From: Naegleria gruberi
Taxonomy: Eukaryota
DNA: 64,000 nt
Assembly: GCA_000004985.1 (NCBI GenBank)
Contig: GG738871.1
Strand: one strand, 5' to 3'
Each line of letters starts with the position of its first letter. Within the stretch, counting starts at the first letter, position 1. A program made the position numbers and the translations under genes. Shown here piece by piece: positions 45,816 through 57,183 of the stretch. Below the pieces are notes generated by a model. That model was not told the origin of the DNA. It worked only from the letters and a program-made list of their open reading frames with translations, and searched no databases.

Positions 45816-46295
45816 TTTTTTTGATTCAGAGTTCTGGATAGTTCAGGTAGAATTTCGAAAAGTATTTCGAATAAGGAAATATTGTAATGCCACTACAAAT
45901 TCTAACAATTCTTGAAAATCGAATGCTAAAGAAAAATTGAACTTGTAAAGTTCGCAATGTTTTTGTCATTTAGATTTACAAAAATTATCTTCCTTTTGGT
46001 CCATCATATGCTTCTAATCAACAAAAGGACACCGCCACCATTTCGCTTAATCATTTTTATTATTAATTTTAATATTATTATTATTAATATTTTATTAAAA
46101 GAATCCATGCAGAATTGAATTGAATGACATTTACAGCGAATGTACGATCTTTGCAAAGATCGAATTTGGCGGGAGTGCTCCTTTTACATCTCATTACGTT
46201 CAGAGAGACAAGAAAATCATTCAAAAAAATTAAAAGTAACAACAACAGCAGTTTTACTGGTTTTCACTCAAAGTTGAAGAGAAACACACACAATA
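45816..46295. promoter_or_regulatory. Divergent intergenic region between the F-box-like gene (minus strand) and the calpain-like gene (plus strand).
   Basis: A 480-bp AT-rich spacer between two start codons. Confidence 0.25.
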
Positions 46296-48971
46296 ATGGG
46301 TAATAAGGCTGTGAAACAATTAGGAGATGTTCCAAATGGTGATTTGGATTTGTTATCCTCCACATCTTTTAGAGAGGATTTATTTGATCAATTTCCGACT
46401 GTGATTAGCAAGTTGGAGCTTGGTGTGCAAGAATTTGAACAATTTATTAAATTGTGTGATGATACTGGATCTCTTTATAAATCAATTGCTAAAAAGTTTT
46501 CAGTGAATAAGAAAACAGAGGCGTATGTGTTTGTTCAATCTCATGTTTAAAGTTTTTAATAATTTAGAAGATTACCAACAAATGTTGTGGAAAAACTAAC
46601 TGCTGGTTTGGAATCAATTGCATCGGGATACTTGACTTCTATCAAGGAAATGGATAAATTGGAATTAGATGCTGATGAAGTAAAGAAGGAATTGAATAAT
46701 TATATTAGTATGGCAAAGAAGGAAGAGAAACTTCTCAGTTCTAAACTAGTTGCTGTACGAAAGGAAGAAGAAAAAATCAGAGATAAATTCTTTGATGAGA
46801 AATTGTTTATTCAAGAATCAAAATCAAATCTACTCATTAATTTAAAGGATTTAACTGAGAAAAAGATACTTGATATTAATAAGAAGATTCAAATATCTGA
46901 AGAAAATGTCATTAAACTTGAAAAGGAAGCTGATGTGATCAAGAGAAAGGTGAAGGAGGTTAGCAGTGAATACGATCTCAAACTCAGAAATATTCTTTCA
47001 CACTTGGAATTTATTGATAGAAAGAGATTTAGATACATGAAGGATTTAACAAAACGATTTTCACAAATTCAAACTAATACTGCCAAGATGGTTATTGAAC
47101 AACACGGAGTTGTTGATACAAAGATTGAACTTCTCAACGAAGAGAATGAATTTAACGAGTATATTACATCCGTAAAATCAATCAAACCAACATCCAACAT
47201 TATTTCAAAAGATTCTGAACAAAAATTACTTGTCAGAATTGCTTCTCAAAGTTGGGACTTTATGAAATCAGCATCAGGCACTGTAAAGAAGACCTTTGAA
47301 TCTGGAGAAAAGTTTACAGATTCTTTATTCCCTCCAAAAAACATCTCAATAGATCCAGAAATGGAAGATTCAGTTCTTTGGATGAGAGCTGTCGATTTAC
47401 TTGGCCCATTTAAAATCATTAGCCCTGAAACTGTTCTGGCCTATGATATCAAACCACAAAAATCAATTACTGGATATGAATGGTTGACAAGTGCTTTGGA
47501 ATTCATTGCATCCAAGCCAGCACTTATTGAAAGAATATTTGTTGTCAAGACTCCTAATGATTTGGGAATTTTAGAGCTAAATATGTGCATTGGAGGCGAA
47601 TTTTATAAGATTACCATTGATGATTTCTTCCCAGCAAGCAGAGATGGAAATCCATTGTACTCCTCAACAAAGAGCAAAGACCTTTGGGCTATGGCTATTG
47701 AAAAAGGAGTTGCTAAGGTTTGTGGAACATACAAGAGAATGGCATCATCTTCATTCACAATTGGTGATGCATTTGAATTATTGACAGGTTGTCCAAGCTT
47801 TTACCAACCAGTTGGTATTTCCAACACCAACCACTTGTGGAAGCCAATTTCTAACTTTACTCAAAGCAGAAATATTACTTGCTGTTTAACTCTTCCTTTT
47901 TCTGAAACTACAGCCACTTCAATTGGTTTACACCCAGTTTATCCATATTATTTAGTGGGATGCTTGGAAATGAACGGAAAGAAAATTGTTAAATTGAAAT
48001 GTACTAGAGGACCAGCAGAGTGGAAGGGTGATTATTCTGAATCAGATAGAGTCAACTGGACTCCAGAATACAGAAATGCACTCGGTGTGGATCAATCAGC
48101 ACAAGATGGATACTTCTTTATGCCATTCTCAGATTTTTGCAAGTATTTTGATAGTATGTCATCTTTCAAATATGATCCACTTTTAGCCAGATTCCAACAT
48201 AGAATTCCATACCCAAGCCCTTCTGATTCAAGCCCTCCAACCAATACAGTCACAGAAGTTTCCATTGAAACAGATCAAAAGGAAGTTTACTTTGGTCTCC
48301 ACCAAAAACATGACAGATTCAAGGGTTCTCCAGCTAGATCTGCCATGGGTTTCATTGTTGTTAGAAAGCAAGGTAGTAAGATTGTTGGTGCCGTTAGATT
48401 ATCCACAAATCCTTGTAATTATTCTGAAGGATTATCTTTAAGAGCTGGAGATTATCAAATTATTCCAATTGTTGCACAAAATGCTATTTCTGTAGATGTG
48501 TTTGGATCTGGAAATGCACCAAATCTTACAGTTGTTGTTCATGCTAGAGGTAATGTTAGAATGAAAACTGCTGAGAAGGTATCTATCAAGATGACTCCAA
48601 TTCAAAAATCAATGGTTGAGCAATTCTTGTCTGGAGTTATTCCAAAGAGTCCTTCCCTTATTATGGAAGAAGCTAAGTCTGCTCCACAATCTCCATCCGT
48701 TGTTGGTAACTTTACACCATTACAGGAAGAAATAACTGAAGCAGATAACTTTTTGAATCAAGAAATCACTCCAGAAGTTACTGCAACTCAAACAATTGAT
48801 GAATCACTCCAAGAAGAAGACTCAACACAAGTCATTGAGAAGGAAGAACTACAAGCTGAACAAACCGTAGAAGAACCACACGTAGAAGAAACAACCGATT
48901 TGGCTCAAGTAAAGGAAGACGATAATGTTATTCCCTCTGACGACCAAGAGCACTTTGAAGAATTTGAATAA
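46296..48971 (+). CDS. Calpain-like protein (calpain-type papain fold), predicted non-catalytic. It has an N-myristoylation site and an N-terminal helical domain. Exons are 46296..46522 and 46568..48971; the intron is 46523..46567 (45 nt).
   Basis: The N-terminus is MGNKAVKQ. The calpain core aligns with human calpain-1: SLFPPKNISIDPE, WMRAVDLL, QKSITGYEWLTSA (the QGALGDCWLLAA position, with Cys replaced by Glu), FYKITIDDFFP, LWAMAIEKGVAKVCGTYKRM ([21 protein letters not shown]), GLHPVYPYY (the His region) and TRGPAEWKG (RNPWGEVEW, with Asn replaced by Gly). The C-terminal tail is acidic (EEFE). Confidence 0.65.
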
Positions 48972-49070
48972 ATAAACCAATATCTGATCTTTCTTTCAGT
49001 AACGAATCGTATGATGATTGGAACAATAACATAAGAGAGGATTAAATAATAAATAGTGGTGATTAATAAT

Positions 49071-52000
49071 TTATTTGAGGATAGTGTTGAGTTGCTCAGC
49101 AAGCTTTGAAGGGAAAAATCTCTTTGGTATTTCCAAAGAGTTGATCTTACCATGACCATCAAGCATATCAAATTCAAAAACATTAGCTTGGAGTGGCTTC
49201 TTGGATCCTAAATCAGTGAAATAGTTAAAGTCAACTAGAGGTTTGGATAAAACATTGTCCAGTGTTGGAATCTTCTTGCCAATGAGTTCTTCAATTTCGC
49301 GTTGAGAGAAGGTGGTATTTGAATACTCATCTGTTTCATAATTAGAATAGATATAGGCAATTTGTTGGACTGAAAGTTCTGGACAAATCTCTTGTCTTGT
49401 ACCTTCATCTTCAAGCAATTGCTTTTGAGCAATAACACAAATATCAGCTGCTTGTCTAGAAAGTGTAAAGTAAACTTGCAACTTTTCTTCATCAAAGTCC
49501 TCATTGTCATGGAATTGTTTTCTCAAAGATTGAACAACATTCTTAGAGTTGAACCAATTTTCAAGGAAGGCAACACTCATCTTAACTGAAAGACCCTTGG
49601 AGGCAGAAGCATCCTTGATAAAGTGATTGAATATAATTGAATCCAAACACATGGCAACATTTTCAAAAATGTGATTAACAACACGTTTGTCCAGCTTTTG
49701 TTGTTCAACACGTTGGTAGATTTCAGTAAGAAGTGAAATACACAATCTCATATCTGGACCACCATCTGTTGATTTGGATGAAGCTTGTTTTGGATTGAAC
49801 ACCGCCTTCACTAATCTGTCCTTCAAAAATTGGACAATCTTGGAACAGAGATTGAGATAGGCTCTAGCAAGAATATCAGTAAGAGCATCAGTAAATTCTT
49901 GCATGTCGGCAACATAAACTTCATCATCCTCAAGTACAGAGTATACTGGTGGTTCGGCCAAAATACGTTCTTCTTCCTTTGCCAAAATTGCTTGAACAGT
50001 GACACCTTCCATTGTTTCGAATGAGTGATGAACTTGATTTTCGTTTCCACTTGATTGATAGAGGTTCAAAAGTCTGTATAATACATTAACCCAATACATC
50101 ATCATCTCCTCATCTCTGGCATATCTATCTACAACGTAGGACAGAGCCTTGATAATATTTGTACAGAAGAATTTACTCGATTCTGGAGAGAACTTTAGAG
50201 TTGAGAGGAATAAAACCTTGGTTGGAGTTGGAACTTTAGAGCTTCCCAAATAGTCACTAGGTTGACTGTAGATGATTGCAGATTCAATAATGAACTTCTC
50301 TACATCAGAATTTTGCAATGATGATATTTGCTCTTTCAATTTCTTGGTTTCTTGTTCATTACCTGTCTTTGACTGTTTAAAATAATAATAATAAAAATAT
50401 TGGTTAGTAAGTTGAATAAAAATAAATAGAAAAGTGATAATTTGTTATCAGTTAGTTTTTAAGTTAGAAAAGTGTGAGTGTAAGTGTAAAAGTTAGAAAT
50501 GATATTTGCCTTTTGGTTTTCATCAAATTGTTTTTGAACTTTTTCAAGTCTTCTCTTGTCTTGCTCCAATTCATCAATTTGTTCTTCCAATTCGGTTATT
50601 CTGTTCTTTCCCTTCTTTAATTTGTTTTCCAATTCCGAGAATTTATCATCCATGTCCATAACTTTTTGGTTTAATTCCTCATTTTCTTCCTTCAACTTTT
50701 CAATTTCCTCCTCAAGTGCAAACTTTGACTTTTTATCCTCATTAACAGAATTCTATAATAATTAATAAGTTAGTACATAAAAATTCAAATTAAATAAAAA
50801 AACATAGTGAGAATTGTGGGTGATGTGTTAGTGTAAAAGTGTGTGTGATATTTGCCTTTTGTTGTTGTTCAATTTCTTCAATTCTTTCCTCAAGTTCTCT
50901 GATCAAAGTATCCTTCTCCTTGAGCTCATCTTCAGTATTCTTACTCTTTTCACTACTACCCTTCTTCAATTTTGCAATTTGATTACCAAGCTCATCAACT
51001 TCTTCTTGAAGTTGATTACGTTCTTTTTCTATCTTGGACAATTTAGAATCAACACTGTCTAGATCTTGTTCCAACTCTTCAATCTTTGAATCCTTTTGGC
51101 TATTGTCATCTTCCAACACTTGAAGTTGTCCAGAAAGCTTCTTGCATTCCATGGCTTGCTTTTTAGAATCTTCTTCAGCCTTTGCGACTTGTTGTCTGAG
51201 AGTTTCAAGTTCCTCAACCTTTGAATCAATAAGTTCATTCAATTTTATCACTTGGGTTTCACTCTCTGTAAGCTTCTTTTCTGTATCACCTAGTTTCTTT
51301 TCCGTTTCTCCAAGCTTCTTTTCGAGAGTTGTTTTTTGCTTCTTGACAATATCATCCATGGAAGCAGAATTCTTTGACAAACTTTCAATTTCTAAAATTT
51401 TTTCAGATAGGTCTTTTTCCTTTTCTTTGATCTTTTCTTCCAATTGCTGATTCTTGCTCTTGATAGTGGTAATCTCAATATCTAGATTCTTTCTCTCTTC
51501 TCTTAATGATTCGACAAGTTTGTTCAAATCCACTTCAGTTGACTATTTAAAGGTCATATGATATAAATTGTTAGTATGTTGTTTAAAATAAATGTGAAAA
51601 AAAAATGTGACATCACAGTTAGTACAAGTTAGTTCGCACCCAATAAAAAATCTAGCCTTTGGCTTTCATTCTTAAAGGGACAAATTGTTAGTTCTGGTTA
51701 GATACTTAAAGTTTTTGAAAAATATCCCGCACTCTTTGCAGAGATTGAGTGTGTAGTGTAAGATATGTACCTTTAGTTTTCTTGCCTCGGAATTAATATC
51801 AGAAACCTCATTAAATGTTTCTAAAACAGTAGAGAAGTGGCGACTAGCTTCTTGTTTCAGTTCCCCAATCGTGTTTTTCAAATGTGTAATTTCCTCAAGC
51901 AACAATTCTTCCACTTGCTTGCTAGCTTCTTTCAATTTCTTGCATTCTTCTTTCAAGTCTTCAACTTGTTGTTTGTAGCTCTCAATATCCTTATCTTTTT

Positions 52001-54957
52001 CTTCGCAGCTCTTCTCTATTTGTTTGGTTTCACTAATAGCAGCTTCTAGCTCTGAGGTAACATCTTCTACCTTCTTCTTATAAGATTCAAGGGATTGGTT
52101 GAGGTTCTCTAACTCTTGAGTAAGGTTTCTGTTCTTCTCTTCAACTTTTGAACATTTTTCTTGGTATTCTGAAAGCTTGTTTTCGATTTGAATAACAACT
52201 TCGTCAGTGTGTTGAGATGATTGCTTCTTGACATCTTCCACTCTTTCTTTAAGTTCAGAAATTTCTTTTTGGAGAGAATCTTGCATTTCTGCCTTGCTCT
52301 TTTCTGAGGATTGCCATTTTTGGGTGGCCTTTTCAACATCTTGTGAGTGTGCATTCTTTTCCTTCTTTAATTCATCCTTAAGACGTTCAACCTCATCAGT
52401 AACCTTCTTCAAATCTAATGCGAGTGCTTCCTTTCCTGATTTCAGCATTGACATCTTTGTTGAATATTCATTATCCTTGGAGAGGTATTCCTGTTTGAGG
52501 TTTTCCATTTGTTTCTTGAGAGATTCCTTTTCCTTGGTAGCAGCTTCCTCTTGTTTGTTGCGAGTTTCTATGGATTGTGTCAATTGAATGTTCAAAGCTG
52601 ATATCTTGGATGCCAAGTCATCTCTTTCCTTCTTGATATCTTGTAAATTTCTTTCCAATGATTCATTCTTTTCCTGTATCATAGTATTGGTATTTTGAAT
52701 TTGTACAATATTGGAGGTTAATACTTCGGATACAGCAGAAATCTCTTCCTTAACTTCATTTTCTAATGTTTGCTTAGCCTTCATAATACTCTCATCAGAA
52801 ATACCGTTTCTCATATTTTCAACAATATCAGAAAATGAGTCAGAGTGAGTAAGAATGCTTGAAAGCTCATCACTATTACCCAATTGGGTTGCTGTTTGAA
52901 GAAGGGTGTTTTGAATCTTAGTCTTGAGTGTTCTAAACTCCAAAAGACAAGAAAGAAGTAGCTCTCTATGCTTAGTTGCAGAAGATATTTCCTTACTTTG
53001 TTGAGAAACCAATTCAGCCAAACCCTTTCTTTCTTCCTTCAATCTATTAATGTCTGTTTCAAGTTCTTCAATTTCTACCTTTCTCTTTGTCTCTTTGGAA
53101 CTAAATTCTTTCTTTAGCTGATCAATCTCATTTTCATAACGAGTTTTGCTTTCTGACAAGTCTTTTTCATTGGTTACCTTAAATATATGAAGTTAGGAAT
53201 TATTCTATATCTCAATTATAAAAATGAACTTAACAGGGTGAGACTCTTTTCAGTTAGTTAGGTGTGAGTGTAATTAGTGTCAAGTGTACGTGTCGTGTGG
53301 GTTGATGTTTATACTTTACCTTTTGTGATTTCATATCTTCTTGAAGTTTTTCATTTTCTCTCTTCATTTTATCCATTTGCTTCTTGTCTGCAATGAGTTG
53401 TTCCTCATATTCCTTAGCTTGTTCTCTCATATTCTTGATTTCTTCTTCCAAATTTTGAACCTTTTCGTCATATTCGTATGAGAGGGATTGTTTTTGCTTT
53501 GAAGATGATGCACGACCATTTTCATTTTCTTCTTCAAGGTCCTTGATTCTATCCTTCAACTTTTTAATTTCTGTTTCATTCTTTTGAGCTTGCTTTTGCT
53601 TTAATTGAAGTTCAAAGAGCTTGCTATCAACTTCTTGTTGAGATTCCTGAGCCTTGTCTCTTTGTTTTATCAAATCTTCATTTTCTCTTTGGAGATTTTT
53701 AAGTTTTTCAACAGCTGAATCTCTTTCTTTTTGAACCTTTTTAAGCTATTAAATGTCAATATTCTCAATCTTTGTACACCAACTTACCAAATTAGTCTTG
53801 TCATTTTCTTTGAGAGTCTTGACTTGTTTCAAGAGCAATTTTACCTTTCTCTTGAGGTGATTAATTTGTCTTTCAAATTCAGCAGTATCTACATGTGATG
53901 AAACTTGAGCAGATTCATCAGTTTCAGTGTGCTGATTATTTTCTTCATCCTCATCTTCGGTTCCCTTTTCAACTTGTTCATCCTCTTCTTCTGGTTCTTC
54001 ATCGTGGTGTTCCTCAGGATGTTCTTCTTCGTCCTTTATTTGCTCTTCGATATCTCTTTCAATATCCTCTTCATTTACTTCAACTTCAGGTTCATGATGA
54101 TCCTCTTCGTCATAATTATGTTCCTCATGATCATTATAGTCGTGCTCTTCGTGTTCTTCCTCATCCTTATCCTCACCAATATCCTACAAATTGATTGTTA
54201 ACAATTACTACAATAATTAAACATACTTGATTTGTTCCTTCATCTTCATCGACTTCATCATTACCTCCAGTATAAGTACTAACAGCAGTAAAATCATCAT
54301 CACTTAATTTTGTTACAATCATACAAGTTCTAGTAGAATACTTACTTTGGATTTTGATCCTTTAAACATTTAGAATTGATAACAAGTTTCAATTTGGCCT
54401 TGCTACTATCCTTTGTTGGCATGTCTATTTCCTTTGTGGATGTCTTTTCAGAATCTTCATCTACAAACAATGCCAAATCCAAAGTTTCCTTCACAAGTGT
54501 ATTTGTTTTTCCATTCTTTCCTTTCTCTTCCAATGTGATTTGAAGATCTTTCTTTTGGAATTTACCCTTTTTAAAATAGAGAGTTCCATTGAATTTAAAT
54601 GTTCTATTCCAAATAATACGGGTACCTTCAATCTTGTTAAATTCGGTTTCACCCTTTCTCTTTTTTCCTCTTTTCCAAAATATCTATTATTGTGATTGTA
54701 TCATAAAACGTTGATGATATTATAATGATGATGACAGCGTTGTTGATGTTTGATAAGGAATTTAATGATGATGGGTATTATCATAGTGATGATATTTAAA
54801 TATTATGATGAAAATAATAAACATACAGCATAGGTACATTCATCCTTCTTCTTTTCCTTCACTTCGGTCAAGTGATCAATAGAAAGGTTAAATTGAAACT
54901 TGAAAGCCTCCCTATTCGTAACCTGTTGGGCTACTTTGCTTTGTAACTTTTTAAACA
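49071..54957 (-). CDS. Very large multi-exon gene. It encodes an NT-C2 domain, a poly-acidic region, a coiled coil of about 1,100 aa and a C-terminal DIL (dilute/myosin-V-tail-like) domain. At least nine introns.
   Basis: The start MFKKLQSKVAQQVTNREAFKFQFNLSIDHLTEV... and the next exon IFWKRGKKRKGETEFNKIEGTRIIWNRTFKFNGTLYFKK... fit the EHBP1/EEIG1-type N-terminal C2 pattern. An acidic exon follows (DIGEDKDEEEHEEHDYNDHEEH...). Four long coiled-coil ORF blocks come next: 53254..53673, 51672..53159, 50790..51533 and 50459..50695. The last ORF, 49071..50339, has DIL-domain character. Individual intron borders are only partly resolved. Confidence 0.5.
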
Positions 54958-55357
54958 TGATTAAATACTACTAAACACTATGGAGCAAGGTAGATTTCAA
55001 TCTGATAATAAATTAATGAATGATGTACAGGAGAGATTGATAATCTTCTACTACCGTTGGTTGCTAATTAATTTTTTTTAAATATTTTTTAAAAATGCAA
55101 AATTATCCACCAAGAATAGCCAAGTGACCAATTGCTTCTGGTAGACAAAATGCAACGGTCATCATGCGTACTGTGAAATTTAAAAAATCAAGCGCCAAAT
55201 GATTCTCTTTGCCCAATTGACAGTTTACTTTTTTATTCTGTACAGTTATTTATTATGGATGTTGTGAGGTTTCATTAAGAATTAATACCGCTTTTTATCA
55301 TTTAAATTTGTAATGTTAATGATATCATTGAATATTCGTCTAGACTCTGTTATTGAG

Positions 55358-57070
55358 TTATTTTTCAACTAATGGTATTAAGAAATGGTTTGGTATTTTA
55401 CAATCGAAATAGGTTTCAGTCATTCTGATTTTTCTGAGTTTTTCAAACTTTTCTCGTTTAGGAAAAAAGCAAAATCCGTTCTGTTTAGCAGCAATTTCGC
55501 TTATTGTTTCATCTTTACGATGCAATGGAGCATGATATAATAAAAATCCATTCTTTTTAACCAATTCCATTACAATATTTCGATTTTTTAAAATTAAAAA
55601 ATTCATTTCTTCTCTTCCAATTTTCACATTTGGATTACGGACTTTCCATAGCCTTTCGTCATTGGTCAACCTATCTGAAGCTCCAAAAAAAGACCCTTTA
55701 TATTTGACTGCTGCCTCAACAACCTCAATATCGTTCTTTAGTTCGCTTGCCTCAATAAGAACACTTTTTAAAATTGAATCATTTTTCAATAATCGAATAA
55801 TGAATTGCTTGTCTCTCTTCAGAGTTGGATCTAAGAGTCTCATAAAATTCTGACAATTATTGTTATTTTCCAAAAGGGATTCAATAAATTCTTTGTCATG
55901 TTGTAACTCATTAGAGGCAAATAGGAAAGCCTTACACTCTTTCTTTACAGCATGTGTTACGATAGATTTGTCATTAATCAACACATCAGATGCAGCTTCC
56001 AAAGCTGAAGGAAAATTTGATATGGCTTCCCATACAATTTCATAATCATTTCTGTAAATATAGGGACAATAACAAAGCACGCCCCCTGATTTTCTCACAG
56101 TTTGCAAAACCAAATCTCTGTCAATACTATCCTCTTTCATCTTTGGAAAAATATACTCTATTCCATTGACGGCCAATTGTAACATCTCTCTAACAAATAG
56201 ATCATCATTCTTTAACTCTTCAGATGCATACATCATTGCACTTCCATGGATTAATATTGATCTTTTTACAATTTCTCTATGATTTCGGAATTCAGGTTTG
56301 ATAAATTCAATAATATTTGCAAATAAAGAACATTCCAAAATAAAGTCAACATCTTGCTTCAGATCATCGGTTGCATATTTAAATTGATATCGATTTTTTT
56401 TCACACAATTCAAAACCAATTCTCTATTGGATTTTAGCTCATCAGGGAATGATTCTAGACATGAGAAATGTTTCAAAATTTCAATGTCATTATGAAATTC
56501 TTTGGGTAAAAGGTGTTTTAGATCGGTCGAATTCATTCTTGCTATCATCTCTTTATGCGTGAAAAACAATCTATCACTTGCCAATTCATCTAAATAGGGT
56601 AGTAATGTCTCTCCGATTTTTACTTGGTAAGGCTCAATATTAGAAAGGACGAATTCTCTATTATTTCTCAATTCTTTTGACGCAAATTGAAACATGTTTG
56701 GAAAAATCATACAACAATCTTTCACAATTTGTGGATTGTTTTTAACATGAAAAGGTGAATCTTCACATAGCTGAAAATAATATTCCAATCTGAGGTTATA
56801 TTCTAAATACCAATAAAAAAACTTTTGTGCTATTGGATTTTTCTTGCCATTAGAAATTACAAACTCAAAAACTTCTTTATCATCAGTAAATTCGAGAGGC
56901 AAAAATTTGAATCTGTCTGGGTTCTCAAAATGTAAACGTCTGTTTTCGAGATAAAGAAGAAATCCTTTTTGTTGAGTTTGAAATTTTCGGATTAAAAGTT
57001 TGACTTGATGAGAAATGCAATGATCAAAATCTATCAGATAGAGAGTGGTGTGATGTGTGCTTCCAGACAT
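55358..57070 (-). CDS. DUF4116 repeat protein (570 aa).
   Basis: Units about 35 aa long of the form ELKNDxEfVlxAVKxNGxxLxYASxEL recur, for example ELRNNREFVLSNI, ELKSNRELVLNCVKKN, FRNHREIVKRSILIHGSAMMYASEELKNDDLFVREML and ELKNDIEVVEAAVKYKG. This is characteristic of the DUF4116 family. Confidence 0.55.
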   Translation of the reverse strand: MSGSTHHTTLYLIDFDHCISHQVKLLIRKFQTQQKGFLLYLENRRLHFENPDRFKFLPLEFTDDKEVFEFVISNGKKNPIAQKFFYWYLEYNLRLEYYFQLCEDSPFHVKNNPQIVKDCCMIFPNMFQFASKELRNNREFVLSNIEPYQVKIGETLLPYLDELASDRLFFTHKEMIARMNSTDLKHLLPKEFHNDIEILKHFSCLESFPDELKSNRELVLNCVKKNRYQFKYATDDLKQDVDFILECSLFANIIEFIKPEFRNHREIVKRSILIHGSAMMYASEELKNDDLFVREMLQLAVNGIEYIFPKMKEDSIDRDLVLQTVRKSGGVLCYCPYIYRNDYEIVWEAISNFPSALEAASDVLINDKSIVTHAVKKECKAFLFASNELQHDKEFIESLLENNNNCQNFMRLLDPTLKRDKQFIIRLLKNDSILKSVLIEASELKNDIEVVEAAVKYKGSFFGASDRLTNDERLWKVRNPNVKIGREEMNFLILKNRNIVMELVKKNGFLLYHAPLHRKDETISEIAAKQNGFCFFPKREKFEKLRKIRMTETYFDCKIPNHFLIPLVEK

Positions 57071-57183
57071 TTTTTAGTGGTTGACTGTTCAGTTCGTGAA
57101 AGTTAAGTAACCTCCATTTACAGAGTATTATTCTAAACAAGATATTCAATAAATATTCACATCAAAAGTTACATTGTTGATAA

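Noticed and set aside
53895-54201. Plus-strand ORFs 53895..54194 and 53905..54201 (Pro/His/Leu-rich)
   Set aside because: They are antisense to the acidic GAA/GAT-rich exon of the large minus-strand gene. They are compositional artefacts.
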